DNA of 64,000 nt from Nanobdellota archaeon (GTDB taxonomy: Archaea > Nanobdellota > Nanobdellia > Pacearchaeales > GW2011-AR1). The stretch covers positions 19,226 to 83,225 of the forward strand of contig JAHIVP010000013.1 in the NCBI GenBank assembly GCA_018816335.1, given 5' to 3'. The position numbers and the translations under genes were made by a program. Below the pieces are notes generated by a model. That model was given only the letters and a program-made list of their open reading frames with translations, ran no database searches and had not been told where the DNA came from. Every line of letters starts with the position of its first letter. The first letter of the stretch is position 1. This document shows positions 26,605 to 36,161 of this stretch, one piece after another.

Positions 26605-27318
26605 ATGGGAAAAAGAATTATACAACAAAGACGAGGAAAAGGAGGATTAACTTATAGAGTTAGAGCCAGTGCTTTTCCGTTTAAATTAGGATACCCTCAA
26701 AAAATTGAAGGAGTTTGTAAAGTTGTAAAATTAGTGAACTCTCCAGGACATTCAGCTCCTCTTGCAAAAATCCAAATTAAAGGAATTACATTTTATAATA
26801 TTGCAAATTATGGATTAATTGAAGGACAAGACCTAGACTTAGGAGGAAACGAAATAAAAGATGGAAACATTTTACAATTATCAAATATTCCCCTTGGCTC
26901 AAAAGTATTTAATATAGAATCAACTCCTGGAGACGGTGGGAAATTATTAAGAGTTGGAGGAAGTTCAGCTAGAATTTCTAAAGTTGAAAAAAATGGAATT
27001 GGAGTAATGTTTCCATCAAAAAAAGAAAAAATATTCACCCCAGAATGTAGAGCAACAATAGGAACAGTTGCTGGAAGTGGAAGATTAGACAAACCTCTAT
27101 TCAAAGCAGGAAAAAACTTTCATATCAAGAAAGTCAGAGGAAAATTATACCCAAGAACATCAGCAGTTTGTATGAATGTTAATGACCATCCATTTGGGTC
27201 AGGTAGAGGAAAAAATCTAACTCACGGAACAAAAGGAAAAGTTCCTAAATTAAATGCACCTCCTGGAGCTAAGGTTGGAACACTAAGGCCTAGAAGAACA
27301 GGAAGGAAGAAAAGATGA
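26605..27318 (+). CDS. rpl2: 50S ribosomal protein L2
   Basis: MGKRIIQQRRGKG, MNVNDHPFGSG, PPGAKVG. Confidence 0.97.
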   Translation: MGKRIIQQRRGKGGLTYRVRASAFPFKLGYPQKIEGVCKVVKLVNSPGHSAPLAKIQIKGITFYNIANYGLIEGQDLDLGGNEIKDGNILQLSNIPLGSKVFNIESTPGDGGKLLRVGGSSARISKVEKNGIGVMFPSKKEKIFTPECRATIGTVAGSGRLDKPLFKAGKNFHIKKVRGKLYPRTSAVCMNVNDHPFGSGRGKNLTHGTKGKVPKLNAPPGAKVGTLRPRRTGRKKR

Positions 27319-27431
27319 TAGCAACAAAACAAAATCACAAATTCAGGGGGAAAGTAAAAGACTTCAAAATATTTAATTTTGAAGTTCCTAAAATTTTTAA
27401 TTTTAGAAAAAACCGAGGAGGTTGTCTTTAA
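27315..27431 (+). mobile_element. 117-bp operon-embedded hairpin element / 38-aa mini-ORF, copy 1
   Basis: MIATKQNHKFRGKVKDFKIFNFEVPKIFNFRKNRGGCL; ATGA overlap with rpl2; TAA abuts the rps19 ATG. Confidence 0.8.
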
Positions 27432-27836
27432 ATGGAAGAACAAGAATTTCACAAAAAAGAATTTATATTTAGAGGAAAAACTCTAGAAGAATTACAAAAA
27501 CTTGACACTCGTGAGTTTGCAAAATTCCTTAAATCAACCCAAAGAAGAGCAATATTAAGACAAACAGAGATTATAGAAATGTTTTTACAAAAATGTCAAA
27601 AAAGAATAGAAAAATCAAAAAATATCCTAACTCACAATAGATCAATTGTTATAGTCCCAAAATTAGTAGGATTAACAGTTCAAGTTTATTCAGGAAAACA
27701 ATATGTTCCAGTTAAAATAGAACAAGAAATGTTAGGACATAGATTAGGAGAGTTTGTACCTACAAGAACAAAAGTTCAACACGGAGCACCTGGAATTGGA
27801 GCAACTAAATCATCAGCAGCAATGAGTGTAAAATGA
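27432..27836 (+). CDS. rps19: 30S ribosomal protein S19
   Basis: FRGKTLEEL, MLGHRLGEFVPTR, GIGATKSS. Confidence 0.96.
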   Translation: MEEQEFHKKEFIFRGKTLEELQKLDTREFAKFLKSTQRRAILRQTEIIEMFLQKCQKRIEKSKNILTHNRSIVIVPKLVGLTVQVYSGKQYVPVKIEQEMLGHRLGEFVPTRTKVQHGAPGIGATKSSAAMSVK

Positions 27837-28429
27837 TAGCAGAAGAAGAAAAAAATAAACCACAAGTGGAAGAGAAAAAACCAGAAGTAACAAAACCAGT
27901 TACAACACCAAAATCTGAAGATAAAATAAAAACTGAAGATAAAAAAGAACAACCTGAAGAAAAAGAAACTAAAGATAAAAAGTCAGACAAAAAACCAGAA
28001 AAGAAAATAGAAAAAAAAGACAAAGGAGAAGTTAATGTTCATGCTCAACATATATCAACAAAACATGCAATTGCTATCTGTAAATTTATCTTAAAAAAAC
28101 AACCATTCTTAGCAGTAAACCAATTAGAAGAAGTAGTTAAGATGAAAAGAGCAATTCCAATGAGAGGAGAAATACCTCATAGAAAAGGAATGATGTCAGG
28201 AAGATACCCTATAAACGCAGCAAAGATTTTCATTAAATTAATTAAACAGCTGCAAGCTAATGCTGAAGTTAATGGTTTAGAAGAACCAATAATCATCTCA
28301 AAAGCAATGCCAAATGTTGCAGCTCGTCCAATGAGAAGATTTGGATCTAGAAGATTTAAAAGAACAAATATCCAATTAGTAGCAATAGAAAAGAAACCAT
28401 CTCAAAAAAACAAGGGGGGGAAAAAGTAA
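27833..28429 (+). CDS. rpl22: 50S ribosomal protein L22 with K/E-rich N-terminal extension
   Basis: ISTKHAIAIC, PHRKG, GRYP. Confidence 0.93.
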   Translation: MIAEEEKNKPQVEEKKPEVTKPVTTPKSEDKIKTEDKKEQPEEKETKDKKSDKKPEKKIEKKDKGEVNVHAQHISTKHAIAICKFILKKQPFLAVNQLEEVVKMKRAIPMRGEIPHRKGMMSGRYPINAAKIFIKLIKQLQANAEVNGLEEPIIISKAMPNVAARPMRRFGSRRFKRTNIQLVAIEKKPSQKNKGGKK

Positions 28430-28430
28430 A

Positions 28431-29153
28431 ATGGAAGAAAGAAAATTTGTACAAATGAAAAAAGAAGAACTAGGAGTTAAAGAGTACATCAAATCTAATT
28501 TAGGAAAAGGTAAAATCTCTACAGTTCAAATAGAATATACTCCAATTGGGGAGAAGATTATAGTTTCAACTACAAAACCAGGATTTGTAATTGGAAAAAG
28601 AGGAGAAAAAATAAATGAACTTACAGATATACTTAAAAAAAGATTTAATTTAGAAAATCCTCATATTGAAATCCAAGAAATATTAAACCCGGACTTTGAT
28701 GCACAAAATGTTGCTGATGATTTGGCATTAGCCTTAGAAAGAATGGGAAATCTAAAATTCAAAGTCATCGCTTATAGGGCAATAGATAGAATAATGAAAT
28801 CTGGAGCACTAGGAGTTGAAATAGTAATGTCAGGAAAACTTCCTAGCAAAAGAGCAAAAACTTGGAGATTTGCACAAGGATACCTAAAGAAAACAGGAGA
28901 CACAGCAAAAGTTGTAAACAAAGCTCAGGCTATTTCACAAACACAACCTGGTGTAACAGGAATAAAAGTATCAATTTTACCCCCAGACGCAAAAATAGAA
29001 GATAGAATAATCATAGATGACAAAATAAGAGCAAAAATAAATCAAGATCTCAGTTTACTGCAGGGAGAAAGTCCACAGCAAAGCGAGAAATCGCACAGCA
29101 CTAATAAATCTGAGAAAAAAATTAAAAAAGCAAATGACAATCCTAAAAAATAA
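28431..29153 (+). CDS. rps3: 30S ribosomal protein S3
   Basis: KPGFVIGKRG (KH), GALGVEIVMSGKL. Confidence 0.96.
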   Translation: MEERKFVQMKKEELGVKEYIKSNLGKGKISTVQIEYTPIGEKIIVSTTKPGFVIGKRGEKINELTDILKKRFNLENPHIEIQEILNPDFDAQNVADDLALALERMGNLKFKVIAYRAIDRIMKSGALGVEIVMSGKLPSKRAKTWRFAQGYLKKTGDTAKVVNKAQAISQTQPGVTGIKVSILPPDAKIEDRIIIDDKIRAKINQDLSLLQGESPQQSEKSHSTNKSEKKIKKANDNPKK

Positions 29154-29334
29154 AGACGCAAAGAAAATGGAAACTAAAGAAATAGAATCTAAACTTAAAG
29201 AATTAAAAATGGAACTAATAAAGAAAAACGTAGCAGCAAACAAATCTTCAAAGATTAAATCAAAGGAAATTAAAAAAGCAATAGCTAGATTACTAACACA
29301 ACTTAAAATTAAATCAACTAAAGCTAAAAAATAA
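29134..29334 (+). CDS. rpl29: 50S ribosomal protein L29
   Basis: KLKELKMEL..EIKKAIARLLT; synteny. Confidence 0.9.
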   Translation: MTILKNKDAKKMETKEIESKLKELKMELIKKNVAANKSSKIKSKEIKKAIARLLTQLKIKSTKAKK

Positions 29335-29335
29335 A

Positions 29336-29635
29336 ATGGATATATGCCCAAAATGTGGTCTTCCACAACACGCTTGTGTATGTGAAGAAATCGCAAAACA
29401 AGAACAGAAAATCAACATAGGGTTGGTTAAAAGAAAATACGGAAAATACTCCACAGTTGTAAGTGGATTTGGAAACGACGTAAACATAAAAGACATTGCG
29501 AAAGAACTAAAAAGCGAACTAGCATGTGGAGGAACAGTTAAAAACAACGCAATTGAACTACAAGGAGACCATAAGAAAGCTGTAACACCAATCTTGATAA
29601 GATTAGGTTTTTCAGAAGATTCAATTACACAATAA
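29336..29635 (+). CDS. sui1: Translation initiation factor SUI1 (aIF1)
   Basis: CPKCGLP..CVC, LACGGTVK, IELQGDH. Confidence 0.95.
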   Translation: MDICPKCGLPQHACVCEEIAKQEQKINIGLVKRKYGKYSTVVSGFGNDVNIKDIAKELKSELACGGTVKNNAIELQGDHKKAVTPILIRLGFSEDSITQ

Positions 29636-29637
29636 AA

Positions 29638-29985
29638 ATGGAAAAACAAACAAAAAACAAGAAAAACATAGCTGAACCTAGCTGCGACGATCCACACTGC
29701 CCTTTTCACGGAAAATTATCAGCCCGAGGAAGAACATTCCAAGGAGTTGTTATTAAAAAATTCCCAAAAAGACTAACAATTCAATTTGAAAGAACAATCT
29801 ATTTAAAAAAATATGAAAGATACATGAAAAAAAAATCAAAACTTCATGCAAGAATCTCAAAGTGCATGGAAGACAAGATTGACCTTGGAGACTATATACA
29901 AATCCAAGAATGTAGACCTCTATCAAAGATTATACATTTTGTTGTAATTAAATTAATCAGGAAGAAAGAAGAAAAAGGAAAATGA
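29638..29985 (+). CDS. rps17: 30S ribosomal protein S17
   Basis: CDDPHCPFHG, KKYERY, ECRPLSK. Confidence 0.96.
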   Translation: MEKQTKNKKNIAEPSCDDPHCPFHGKLSARGRTFQGVVIKKFPKRLTIQFERTIYLKKYERYMKKKSKLHARISKCMEDKIDLGDYIQIQECRPLSKIIHFVVIKLIRKKEEKGK

Positions 29986-30098
29986 TAGCAGCAAAGCATA
30001 ATCACAAATTCAGAGGGAAAGTAAAAGACTTCAAAATATTCAATTTTGAAGTTCCTAAAATTTTTAATTTTAGAAAAAACCGAGGAGGTTATCTTTAA
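29982..30098 (+). mobile_element. 117-bp operon-embedded hairpin element / 38-aa mini-ORF, copy 2
   Basis: MIAAKHNHKFRGKVKDFKIFNFEVPKIFNFRKNRGGYL; ATGA overlap with rps17; TAA abuts the rpl14 ATG. Confidence 0.8.
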
Positions 30099-30500
30099 AT
30101 GAAAGGAATATCCGCAAAACCAACAAGAGCATTAAACATTGGTAGTTTAGTAAACGCTGCAGATAATTCAGGAGCAAGAATTGTTAAAATAGTATCTATT
30201 AAACACGGAAAAACAAGAAAAGGAAGACAAGGATATGCAAAACTTGCAGACTGGGTAAAAGTATCAGTAAGAAAAGGAAACCCTAAAATGAAAGGAGAAG
30301 TTTTTGATGCAGTTGTTGTTAGACAAAGAAGAATATGGAGAAGAAACTCAGGTGAAAGAGTAGCATTCACAGACAATGCTGTTGCTTTATTAAAAGATCT
30401 TAAAGGAAATCCAAAAGGCACACAAATCAAAGGCCCAATTGCAAGAGAAGTTCAAGAACGATGGAAGGAGGTAGCTAAAATAGCTAGTATTGTAGTATAA
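30099..30500 (+). CDS. rpl14: 50S ribosomal protein L14
   Basis: ADNSGAR, DNAVAL, GPIAREV. Confidence 0.96.
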   Translation: MKGISAKPTRALNIGSLVNAADNSGARIVKIVSIKHGKTRKGRQGYAKLADWVKVSVRKGNPKMKGEVFDAVVVRQRRIWRRNSGERVAFTDNAVALLKDLKGNPKGTQIKGPIAREVQERWKEVAKIASIVV

Positions 30501-30507
30501 ACATAAA

Positions 30508-30936
30508 ATGAAACAAAAATTCTCAACTTCATGGAAATCAAGCAAACAACCTAGAAAGCAAAGAAAATTCAGAGCTAACGCTCCAATCCATATAGCAAGA
30601 AAATTCATGGCAGCAAATTTATCTAAAGACTTAAGAAAAAAACATGAAAGAAGAAGCTTCCCAATAAAAAAAGGAGATACAGTTAAAATTATGAGAGGTA
30701 AGTTCACTAAGAAAACAGGAAAAATCGCCTCTGTTTCAATAAAAAGACAAAGAGTTTCAATTGAAGGAATGCAATCAAAAAAACTAGACGGAACATCTGT
30801 AAATGTCTGGTTCAATCCATCAAATCTTCAAATTACAGATATAAACTTAGATGACAAAAAAAGATTAAATTCAATAAATAAAAAACTAAAATCAGAAAAC
30901 ACTGAGGAAACAAAAAATGCACCTGAAAAGAAATAA
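30508..30936 (+). CDS. rpl24: 50S ribosomal protein L24
   Basis: SKQPRKQRK, KGDTVKIMRG (KOW). Confidence 0.95.
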   Translation: MKQKFSTSWKSSKQPRKQRKFRANAPIHIARKFMAANLSKDLRKKHERRSFPIKKGDTVKIMRGKFTKKTGKIASVSIKRQRVSIEGMQSKKLDGTSVNVWFNPSNLQITDINLDDKKRLNSINKKLKSENTEETKNAPEKK

Positions 30937-31561
30937 AGTACCAAGAAGATGGGCAATTCCTAGAAAAGGAACAAAATTCGTAGTCCAACCTAATGATAAT
31001 AGAAAGAATGGAATTTCAATACTTATAGTTATGAGAGACATGTTAAAAATCGCAAAAACAAGAAAAGAAGCCAAAGCAATAATCCATAATAAAGATATTT
31101 TAGTAAATAATAAAACAGTTACAGACGAAAAGTTTTCTGTTTCTCTTTTTGATAAAATAAATCTAAAATCTTCAAAAAAATTCTACAATGTTTTATATGG
31201 CAAAAGAAAAATAATATTAAAAGAAATCCCTGAATCTGAAGCCAAATCAAAAATACTCAAAATAGTAAATAAAACAATATTAGGAAAAGATAAATTCCAG
31301 ATAAATTTAAGTGATGGAAGAAATTTCTTAACAAAAGAAAAATATTCTGTTGGAGATTCTATAACTTTTGAGATAAACGAGAATAAGATAGGAAAAACAA
31401 TCCCTATTAAAAAAGGTTCTGAAGTTATTATTATTAGTGGAAAGCACTTAGGAAAAATAGGAAAAATACATGACATGGATGAAGATGGAAAATCAGCAAT
31501 AGTTGAACAAGAAGATTCAAAAATAAATATCAACCTAAAAAATTTAATAGTAACAAAATGA
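30917..31561 (+). CDS. rps4e: 30S ribosomal protein S4e (eS4)
   Basis: MHLKR..PRRWAIPRK, QINLSDGRN, GKHLGKIG. Confidence 0.93.
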   Translation: MHLKRNKVPRRWAIPRKGTKFVVQPNDNRKNGISILIVMRDMLKIAKTRKEAKAIIHNKDILVNNKTVTDEKFSVSLFDKINLKSSKKFYNVLYGKRKIILKEIPESEAKSKILKIVNKTILGKDKFQINLSDGRNFLTKEKYSVGDSITFEINENKIGKTIPIKKGSEVIIISGKHLGKIGKIHDMDEDGKSAIVEQEDSKININLKNLIVTK

Positions 31562-32112
31562 TACAACAAGAACAAGTACAAGTAGAGAAACAAGTAGAAA
31601 AGAAAACAATCCCAATAAAGATAGAAAAAATAGTTTTAAACATAGGTGCTGTAGCAGAAGATTTAGAAAAAGGATTTAAATTACTTAAATTAATTTCAGA
31701 AGCAACACCAGTAAAAACAAAATCAACAAAAAGAATTCCTGCTTTTGGTGTTCGTCCTGGTTTAGAAACAGGATGCAAAGTTACATTAAGAAAAAAGAAA
31801 ATTGAAATTCTAAAGAGATTATTTGTTTCAGTTGATAATACTATCAAAGAAAATCAAATACAAGATAACCATTTTTCATTTGGTATTCACGAATATATTG
31901 AAATTCCTGGAATTGAGTATCAAAGAGAAATTGGAATAATGGGATTTGATGTAACTGTTGTATTTTCAAAACCAGGAAAAAGAGTTATGTATAAAAAAAT
32001 GAAAAAAGGAAAATTCCCAAAAAGACAATATGTCACAAAACAAGAAATAATAGATTACTTAAAACAAACTTACAAGCTAAATATCATTCCTTCAAGGAGA
32101 AAGAAAAAATAA
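31558..32112 (+). CDS. rpl5: 50S ribosomal protein L5
   Basis: [29 protein letters not shown]. Confidence 0.95.
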   Translation: MIQQEQVQVEKQVEKKTIPIKIEKIVLNIGAVAEDLEKGFKLLKLISEATPVKTKSTKRIPAFGVRPGLETGCKVTLRKKKIEILKRLFVSVDNTIKENQIQDNHFSFGIHEYIEIPGIEYQREIGIMGFDVTVVFSKPGKRVMYKKMKKGKFPKRQYVTKQEIIDYLKQTYKLNIIPSRRKKK

Positions 32113-32113
32113 A

Positions 32114-32344
32114 ATGACAGCAAGTGATTGGAATAAAATAATGAAGCAATTAACAAAAAAGCCAGCAAAGCAACAGAAATTTCTTAAGCACAATAAACCT
32201 AACGATAGGAAATTTGGAGTTGCTGCAAGAAAATGTGAAAGATGCGGCCGTTTCGGAGCCCACATTAGATCATACGGATTAAATTTATGCCGACACTGTT
32301 TCAGAGAAATAGCAGTAGAACTCGGATTTAATAAATATTCATAA
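32114..32344 (+). CDS. rps14: 30S ribosomal protein S14 (zinc-binding)
   Basis: [18 protein letters not shown]. Confidence 0.95.
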   Translation: MTASDWNKIMKQLTKKPAKQQKFLKHNKPNDRKFGVAARKCERCGRFGAHIRSYGLNLCRHCFREIAVELGFNKYS

Positions 32345-32352
32345 AAAATAAA

Positions 32353-32727
32353 ATGTCACAAGATATAACAGCAGATGCATTAAATCAAATAATGAATGCC
32401 AAAAAAGCAGGCAAAGAATCACTCAACCTAGCTAGACATTCAAAACTTTTAGAAAGCGTTTTGAAAATAGCAAAAGAACATAACTATATTGAAGAATTCA
32501 AAATTGAAGATGAAATTCTAACAATTAAAATAGGAAAATTAAACAAATGTCAAGCAATAAAACCAAGATATTATGTTAAAAAAGAAGGAATCGACAAATA
32601 CATTAGAAGATATCTTCCAGCAAGAGATTTTGGAATAATAATTGTTTCAACAAATAAAGGATTAATGACAAATATTGAATTACACGAAGAAAAAATCGGA
32701 GGAAGCGTAATAGCTTATTTCTATTAA
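32353..32727 (+). CDS. rps8: 30S ribosomal protein S8
   Basis: ADALNQIMNA, YLPARDFG..VSTNKGLM. Confidence 0.95.
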   Translation: MSQDITADALNQIMNAKKAGKESLNLARHSKLLESVLKIAKEHNYIEEFKIEDEILTIKIGKLNKCQAIKPRYYVKKEGIDKYIRRYLPARDFGIIIVSTNKGLMTNIELHEEKIGGSVIAYFY

Positions 32728-32728
32728 A

Positions 32729-33265
32729 ATGAAACGAGACATATTAGAATCAGTTGAAATTCCAGAAGGAATAGAAGTAGAATTAGATAAAAACAAAATT
32801 ACAATCAAAAACAAAGATGTAACTCTAACAAAACAAATTATAAACCTTCCAATTAAAATAAAAGACAATAAGATAATATTTGAAAAAAAGAATGCTAATA
32901 AAAATGATAAAAAAATAATAAAAACTTTTTTAGTTCATATGAAAAATATGATACAAGGTGTTCAAGAAAAATTCACCTATAAACTTCAAATAGCTTCTTC
33001 TCATTTCCCAATTACAGTTGAAAAAAATAATAATCTAATTATAATCAAAAATTTTCTAGGAGAAAGAAAAGATCGTATATCTAAAATACTCGAAGATGTT
33101 GATGTTAAAATTGAAGGTGAGTTCATAACAATAGAATCTAATAATAAAGAATCAGCAGGACAAACTGCAGCTAATCTTGAAACTGCAACTAAAATAAGAA
33201 ACAGAGATAGAAGAAGATTTCAAGACGGAATATATATAACTGATAAAGCAGGCAAGGAGATCTAA
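32729..33265 (+). CDS. rpl6: 50S ribosomal protein L6
   Basis: SHFP, NFLGE, DRRRFQDGIYI. Confidence 0.95.
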   Translation: MKRDILESVEIPEGIEVELDKNKITIKNKDVTLTKQIINLPIKIKDNKIIFEKKNANKNDKKIIKTFLVHMKNMIQGVQEKFTYKLQIASSHFPITVEKNNNLIIIKNFLGERKDRISKILEDVDVKIEGEFITIESNNKESAGQTAANLETATKIRNRDRRRFQDGIYITDKAGKEI

Positions 33266-33266
33266 A

Positions 33267-33653
33267 ATGAGAAAATACACAAGAAGAAACACAAATGAAT
33301 TATTAAGATTAGGTAAAAAAAATAAAAAACTTAGAAAGTGGAGACGGCCAAGAGGAAGAGATAACAAAATGAGAGAAAGAGTAAAAAACAGACAGAAACG
33401 ACCAGAAATTGGAAGCAGAAAAACAAAAAATGAACAAGGAAAAGTTAGAGGAAAAACTCCAATGTTAATTAAAACAATAAATGATTTAAAAAAAATCAAA
33501 AAGGAAAACATTGCAATTTTAGCAAAAGTAGGATTCAAAACAAAAAACAAAATAGCTCAAGAAGCAAAAAAACTAAACATTCAATTTTCAAATTTTGATG
33601 TATTCAAATTTTTAACTAAACAAGAACCTGAGAAAACAGAAGATAAAAAATGA
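33267..33653 (+). CDS. rpl32e: 50S ribosomal protein L32e
   Basis: KWRRPRGRDNKMR. Confidence 0.92.
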   Translation: MRKYTRRNTNELLRLGKKNKKLRKWRRPRGRDNKMRERVKNRQKRPEIGSRKTKNEQGKVRGKTPMLIKTINDLKKIKKENIAILAKVGFKTKNKIAQEAKKLNIQFSNFDVFKFLTKQEPEKTEDKK

Positions 33654-34045
33654 ATTTAAGAAGAAAAAAAATATTAGCTGCAAAAAAACTAGGAGTTGGA
33701 AAAAACAAAATAAAATTCGATTCTGATAGTTTAAACGAGATTAAAGAAGCAATTACTTCATTAGATATTAAAGATCTTAAAAATAGTAATGCAATAACAA
33801 TCAAAGAAAAAAAAGGCAGAAAAAAAATAACAAAAAGAAAAACAAAAGTAAGACAAGGAAAAATCAAAAAAAATGTTAATACAAGAAAGAGAGACTATGT
33901 AAATTTAACAAGAAAACTAAGAACATTTGCAAAATCTCTAAAAAAACAAGGAAAAGTTACTAGGGATGAATATATAGATATAAGAAAAAAAATCAAATCA
34001 AAATTATATAAAAGTAAGGCTCACCTTAAGGAAAATTTAAAATGA
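33650..34045 (+). CDS. rpl19e: 50S ribosomal protein L19e
   Basis: LAAKKLGVGKNKI, EAIT..DIKDL; synteny. Confidence 0.9.
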   Translation: MNLRRKKILAAKKLGVGKNKIKFDSDSLNEIKEAITSLDIKDLKNSNAITIKEKKGRKKITKRKTKVRQGKIKKNVNTRKRDYVNLTRKLRTFAKSLKKQGKVTRDEYIDIRKKIKSKLYKSKAHLKENLK

Positions 34046-34509
34046 AGATAATACCCAAGCGAAGAAGAAGAGAACAAAAAACTGATTATAAAACTAGATT
34101 GAATCTTTTAAAATCTGGATTAACAAGAATAGTATTTAGAAAATCAAATAAATATATTATTGGTCAAGTAGTTAAAAGCAGTAATGCTCAAGACAAAATA
34201 ATTTTTACATTTAATTCTAAATATCTCTTAAAAAATGGTTGGCCTGAAAATAAAAAAGGCAGCCTAAAATCATTACCTGCTGCTTATCTAACAGGATATT
34301 TCCTAGGAAAAGAATCAAAAGTCCAAGAAAATGTTATATTAGATATTGGAATGATTAGAAACATTCCTAACTCTAAACCTTTTGCTTTTCTAAAAGGATT
34401 AGTTGATGCTGGAGTCAAAATAAACCATAATAAAGAAGCTCTTCCAGATGATAAACTAATAAGAAAAGATAAAGAACTTTCTGAAATAATAGATAAATTA
34501 ATAAAATAA
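34042..34509 (+). CDS. rpl18: 50S ribosomal protein L18 (uL18)
   Basis: RRRREQKTDYKTRL, PAAYLTG, LKGLVDAG. Confidence 0.95.
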   Translation: MKIIPKRRRREQKTDYKTRLNLLKSGLTRIVFRKSNKYIIGQVVKSSNAQDKIIFTFNSKYLLKNGWPENKKGSLKSLPAAYLTGYFLGKESKVQENVILDIGMIRNIPNSKPFAFLKGLVDAGVKINHNKEALPDDKLIRKDKELSEIIDKLIK

Positions 34510-34514
34510 CAATA

Positions 34515-35261
34515 ATGGAAAAAAAATCAAATCAACAATATAGGAAAAATTCTAGAGCACCTTTTGATAGAAGAAAACATGGAGAAATGTCTTATGCAGA
34601 AAAGAGAGAAGCTGATAAAGTAGACAAATTATCTAGTTGGGTTCCAAAAACAAAACTAGGAAAACTTGTAAAAGCAAAAAAAATAACAAATATTGATGAA
34701 GTTATAGAAAAATATAAAATTCTTGAATCTGAAATTGTGGATTTATTAATCAAACTAAAAGAAGACATTCTTAATATTGGACAAGCTAAAGGAAAGTTTG
34801 GTGGAGGAAAAAGAAGAATATGGAGACAAACTCAAAAGAAAACAAAAGAAGGAAATGTTGCAACCTTCTCAACTATGGTAGTTGTTGGAGATGAAAACGG
34901 ACATGTTGGATTAGGATATGGAAGAGCTAAAGAAACACTACCTGCTCGAGAAAAATCTTTAAAAAAAGCTAAGTTAAATATAATAAAAATTGAAAGAGGA
35001 TGTGGAAGCTTTGATTGTGCATGCAGTGAATCTCATACTGTTCCATTAAAAGTTGAAGGAAAATGTGGAAGCACAAGAGTTATATTAACTCCAGCCCCAC
35101 AAGGAACAGGACTAGCAATCGGAGATGAACTTAAAAAGATATTAAAATTAGCAGGAATAACAGATGTTTATGGAAAAACTTTTGGACATAAAAGAACAAC
35201 ACTAAATTTAGCTAAGGCTTGTATGATAGCTCTTAAAAAAACAACTCAATTTGAAAAATGA
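34515..35261 (+). CDS. rps5: 30S ribosomal protein S5
   Basis: WVPKTKLG, VVVGDENGHVGLG, PAPQGTGL. Confidence 0.96.
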   Translation: MEKKSNQQYRKNSRAPFDRRKHGEMSYAEKREADKVDKLSSWVPKTKLGKLVKAKKITNIDEVIEKYKILESEIVDLLIKLKEDILNIGQAKGKFGGGKRRIWRQTQKKTKEGNVATFSTMVVVGDENGHVGLGYGRAKETLPAREKSLKKAKLNIIKIERGCGSFDCACSESHTVPLKVEGKCGSTRVILTPAPQGTGLAIGDELKKILKLAGITDVYGKTFGHKRTTLNLAKACMIALKKTTQFEK

Positions 35262-35698
35262 ATAAAGAATCATCTAATAATCTAATCGTAGCAATAAGAA
35301 TAAAAGGAATGCTAAAATTAAATACTCAATTTAAAGAAACTTTACATAGATTAAGACTTCGAAGAAAATACGCATGTGTACTTATCAACCCTACTAAAGA
35401 AAGTTTAGGAATGATAAATAAAGTAAAACAAATGATAGCATTTGGAAATATTGATGATAAAACTTTATTAGAACTTATTGAAAAAAGAGGACAACCAATA
35501 GACAAATCAGTAAAAATTGATCCTAAAGCAGCAGCAGAAGCAATAAAAAAAGGAGAAAACTCACAAGATTATAATCTTAAACCATTTTTTAGATTACACC
35601 CCCCACGAAAAGGTATAAAATCTAAAGAACCTTATCCTAAAGGAGTACTAGGAAACCATAAAGAAAAAATAAATGACTTAATCAAGAGGATGTTGTAG
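35258..35698 (+). CDS. rpl30: 50S ribosomal protein L30 (uL30, archaeal long form)
   Basis: IRIKG, TLHRLRL, FRLHPPRKG. Confidence 0.94.
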   Translation: MNKESSNNLIVAIRIKGMLKLNTQFKETLHRLRLRRKYACVLINPTKESLGMINKVKQMIAFGNIDDKTLLELIEKRGQPIDKSVKIDPKAAAEAIKKGENSQDYNLKPFFRLHPPRKGIKSKEPYPKGVLGNHKEKINDLIKRML

Positions 35699-35699
35699 A

Positions 35700-36161
35700 A
35701 TGGAAAATAATCAAAAAGAAACACAAAACCCTACAAATATTGAAGATTTAAAAAAAGGAAGATTCATAGTAAATACTTCAGCTATAATTTTTGATACTAA
35801 AACAAAAAAGATTTTAATTGGAAAAAGAAAAGACGACCCATTTATTAAAGATATGACTTGGTGTTTTCCTTGTGGTAGACCAACTAAAAAAGATACTCTT
35901 GAACAAGCATTAAAAAGAGAAGTGAAAATAAAAACCGGATTAGAAATAGAAAGCTTAGGTCCTATATTTGTTAGAATAGTAGAATACAATCCAGAATTTT
36001 TATCAATTTTTTATTTATGTGAAGTTACTGGAGGAGAATTAAAAGCAGGTGAAAAATTAGTAGAAGTAAAATGGGTTAATCCAGAAGACCTTGAAAAAGA
36101 ATTCACAACACCTCTTGATCCTAAATTAAAAGAATACATAATGGGGTTGAAAGCACAATGA
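35700..36161 (+). CDS. NUDIX-fold protein with a degenerate Nudix box
   Basis: ILIGKR..WCFPCGRPTKKDTLEQALKREVKIKTGL. Confidence 0.8.
   Translation: MENNQKETQNPTNIEDLKKGRFIVNTSAIIFDTKTKKILIGKRKDDPFIKDMTWCFPCGRPTKKDTLEQALKREVKIKTGLEIESLGPIFVRIVEYNPEFLSIFYLCEVTGGELKAGEKLVEVKWVNPEDLEKEFTTPLDPKLKEYIMGLKAQ

Noticed and set aside
27833-27842. rpl22 begins ATGATAGCAG, like the 117-bp element
   Set aside because: Only 10 nt, four of them forced by the ATGA overlap; cannot be distinguished from chance
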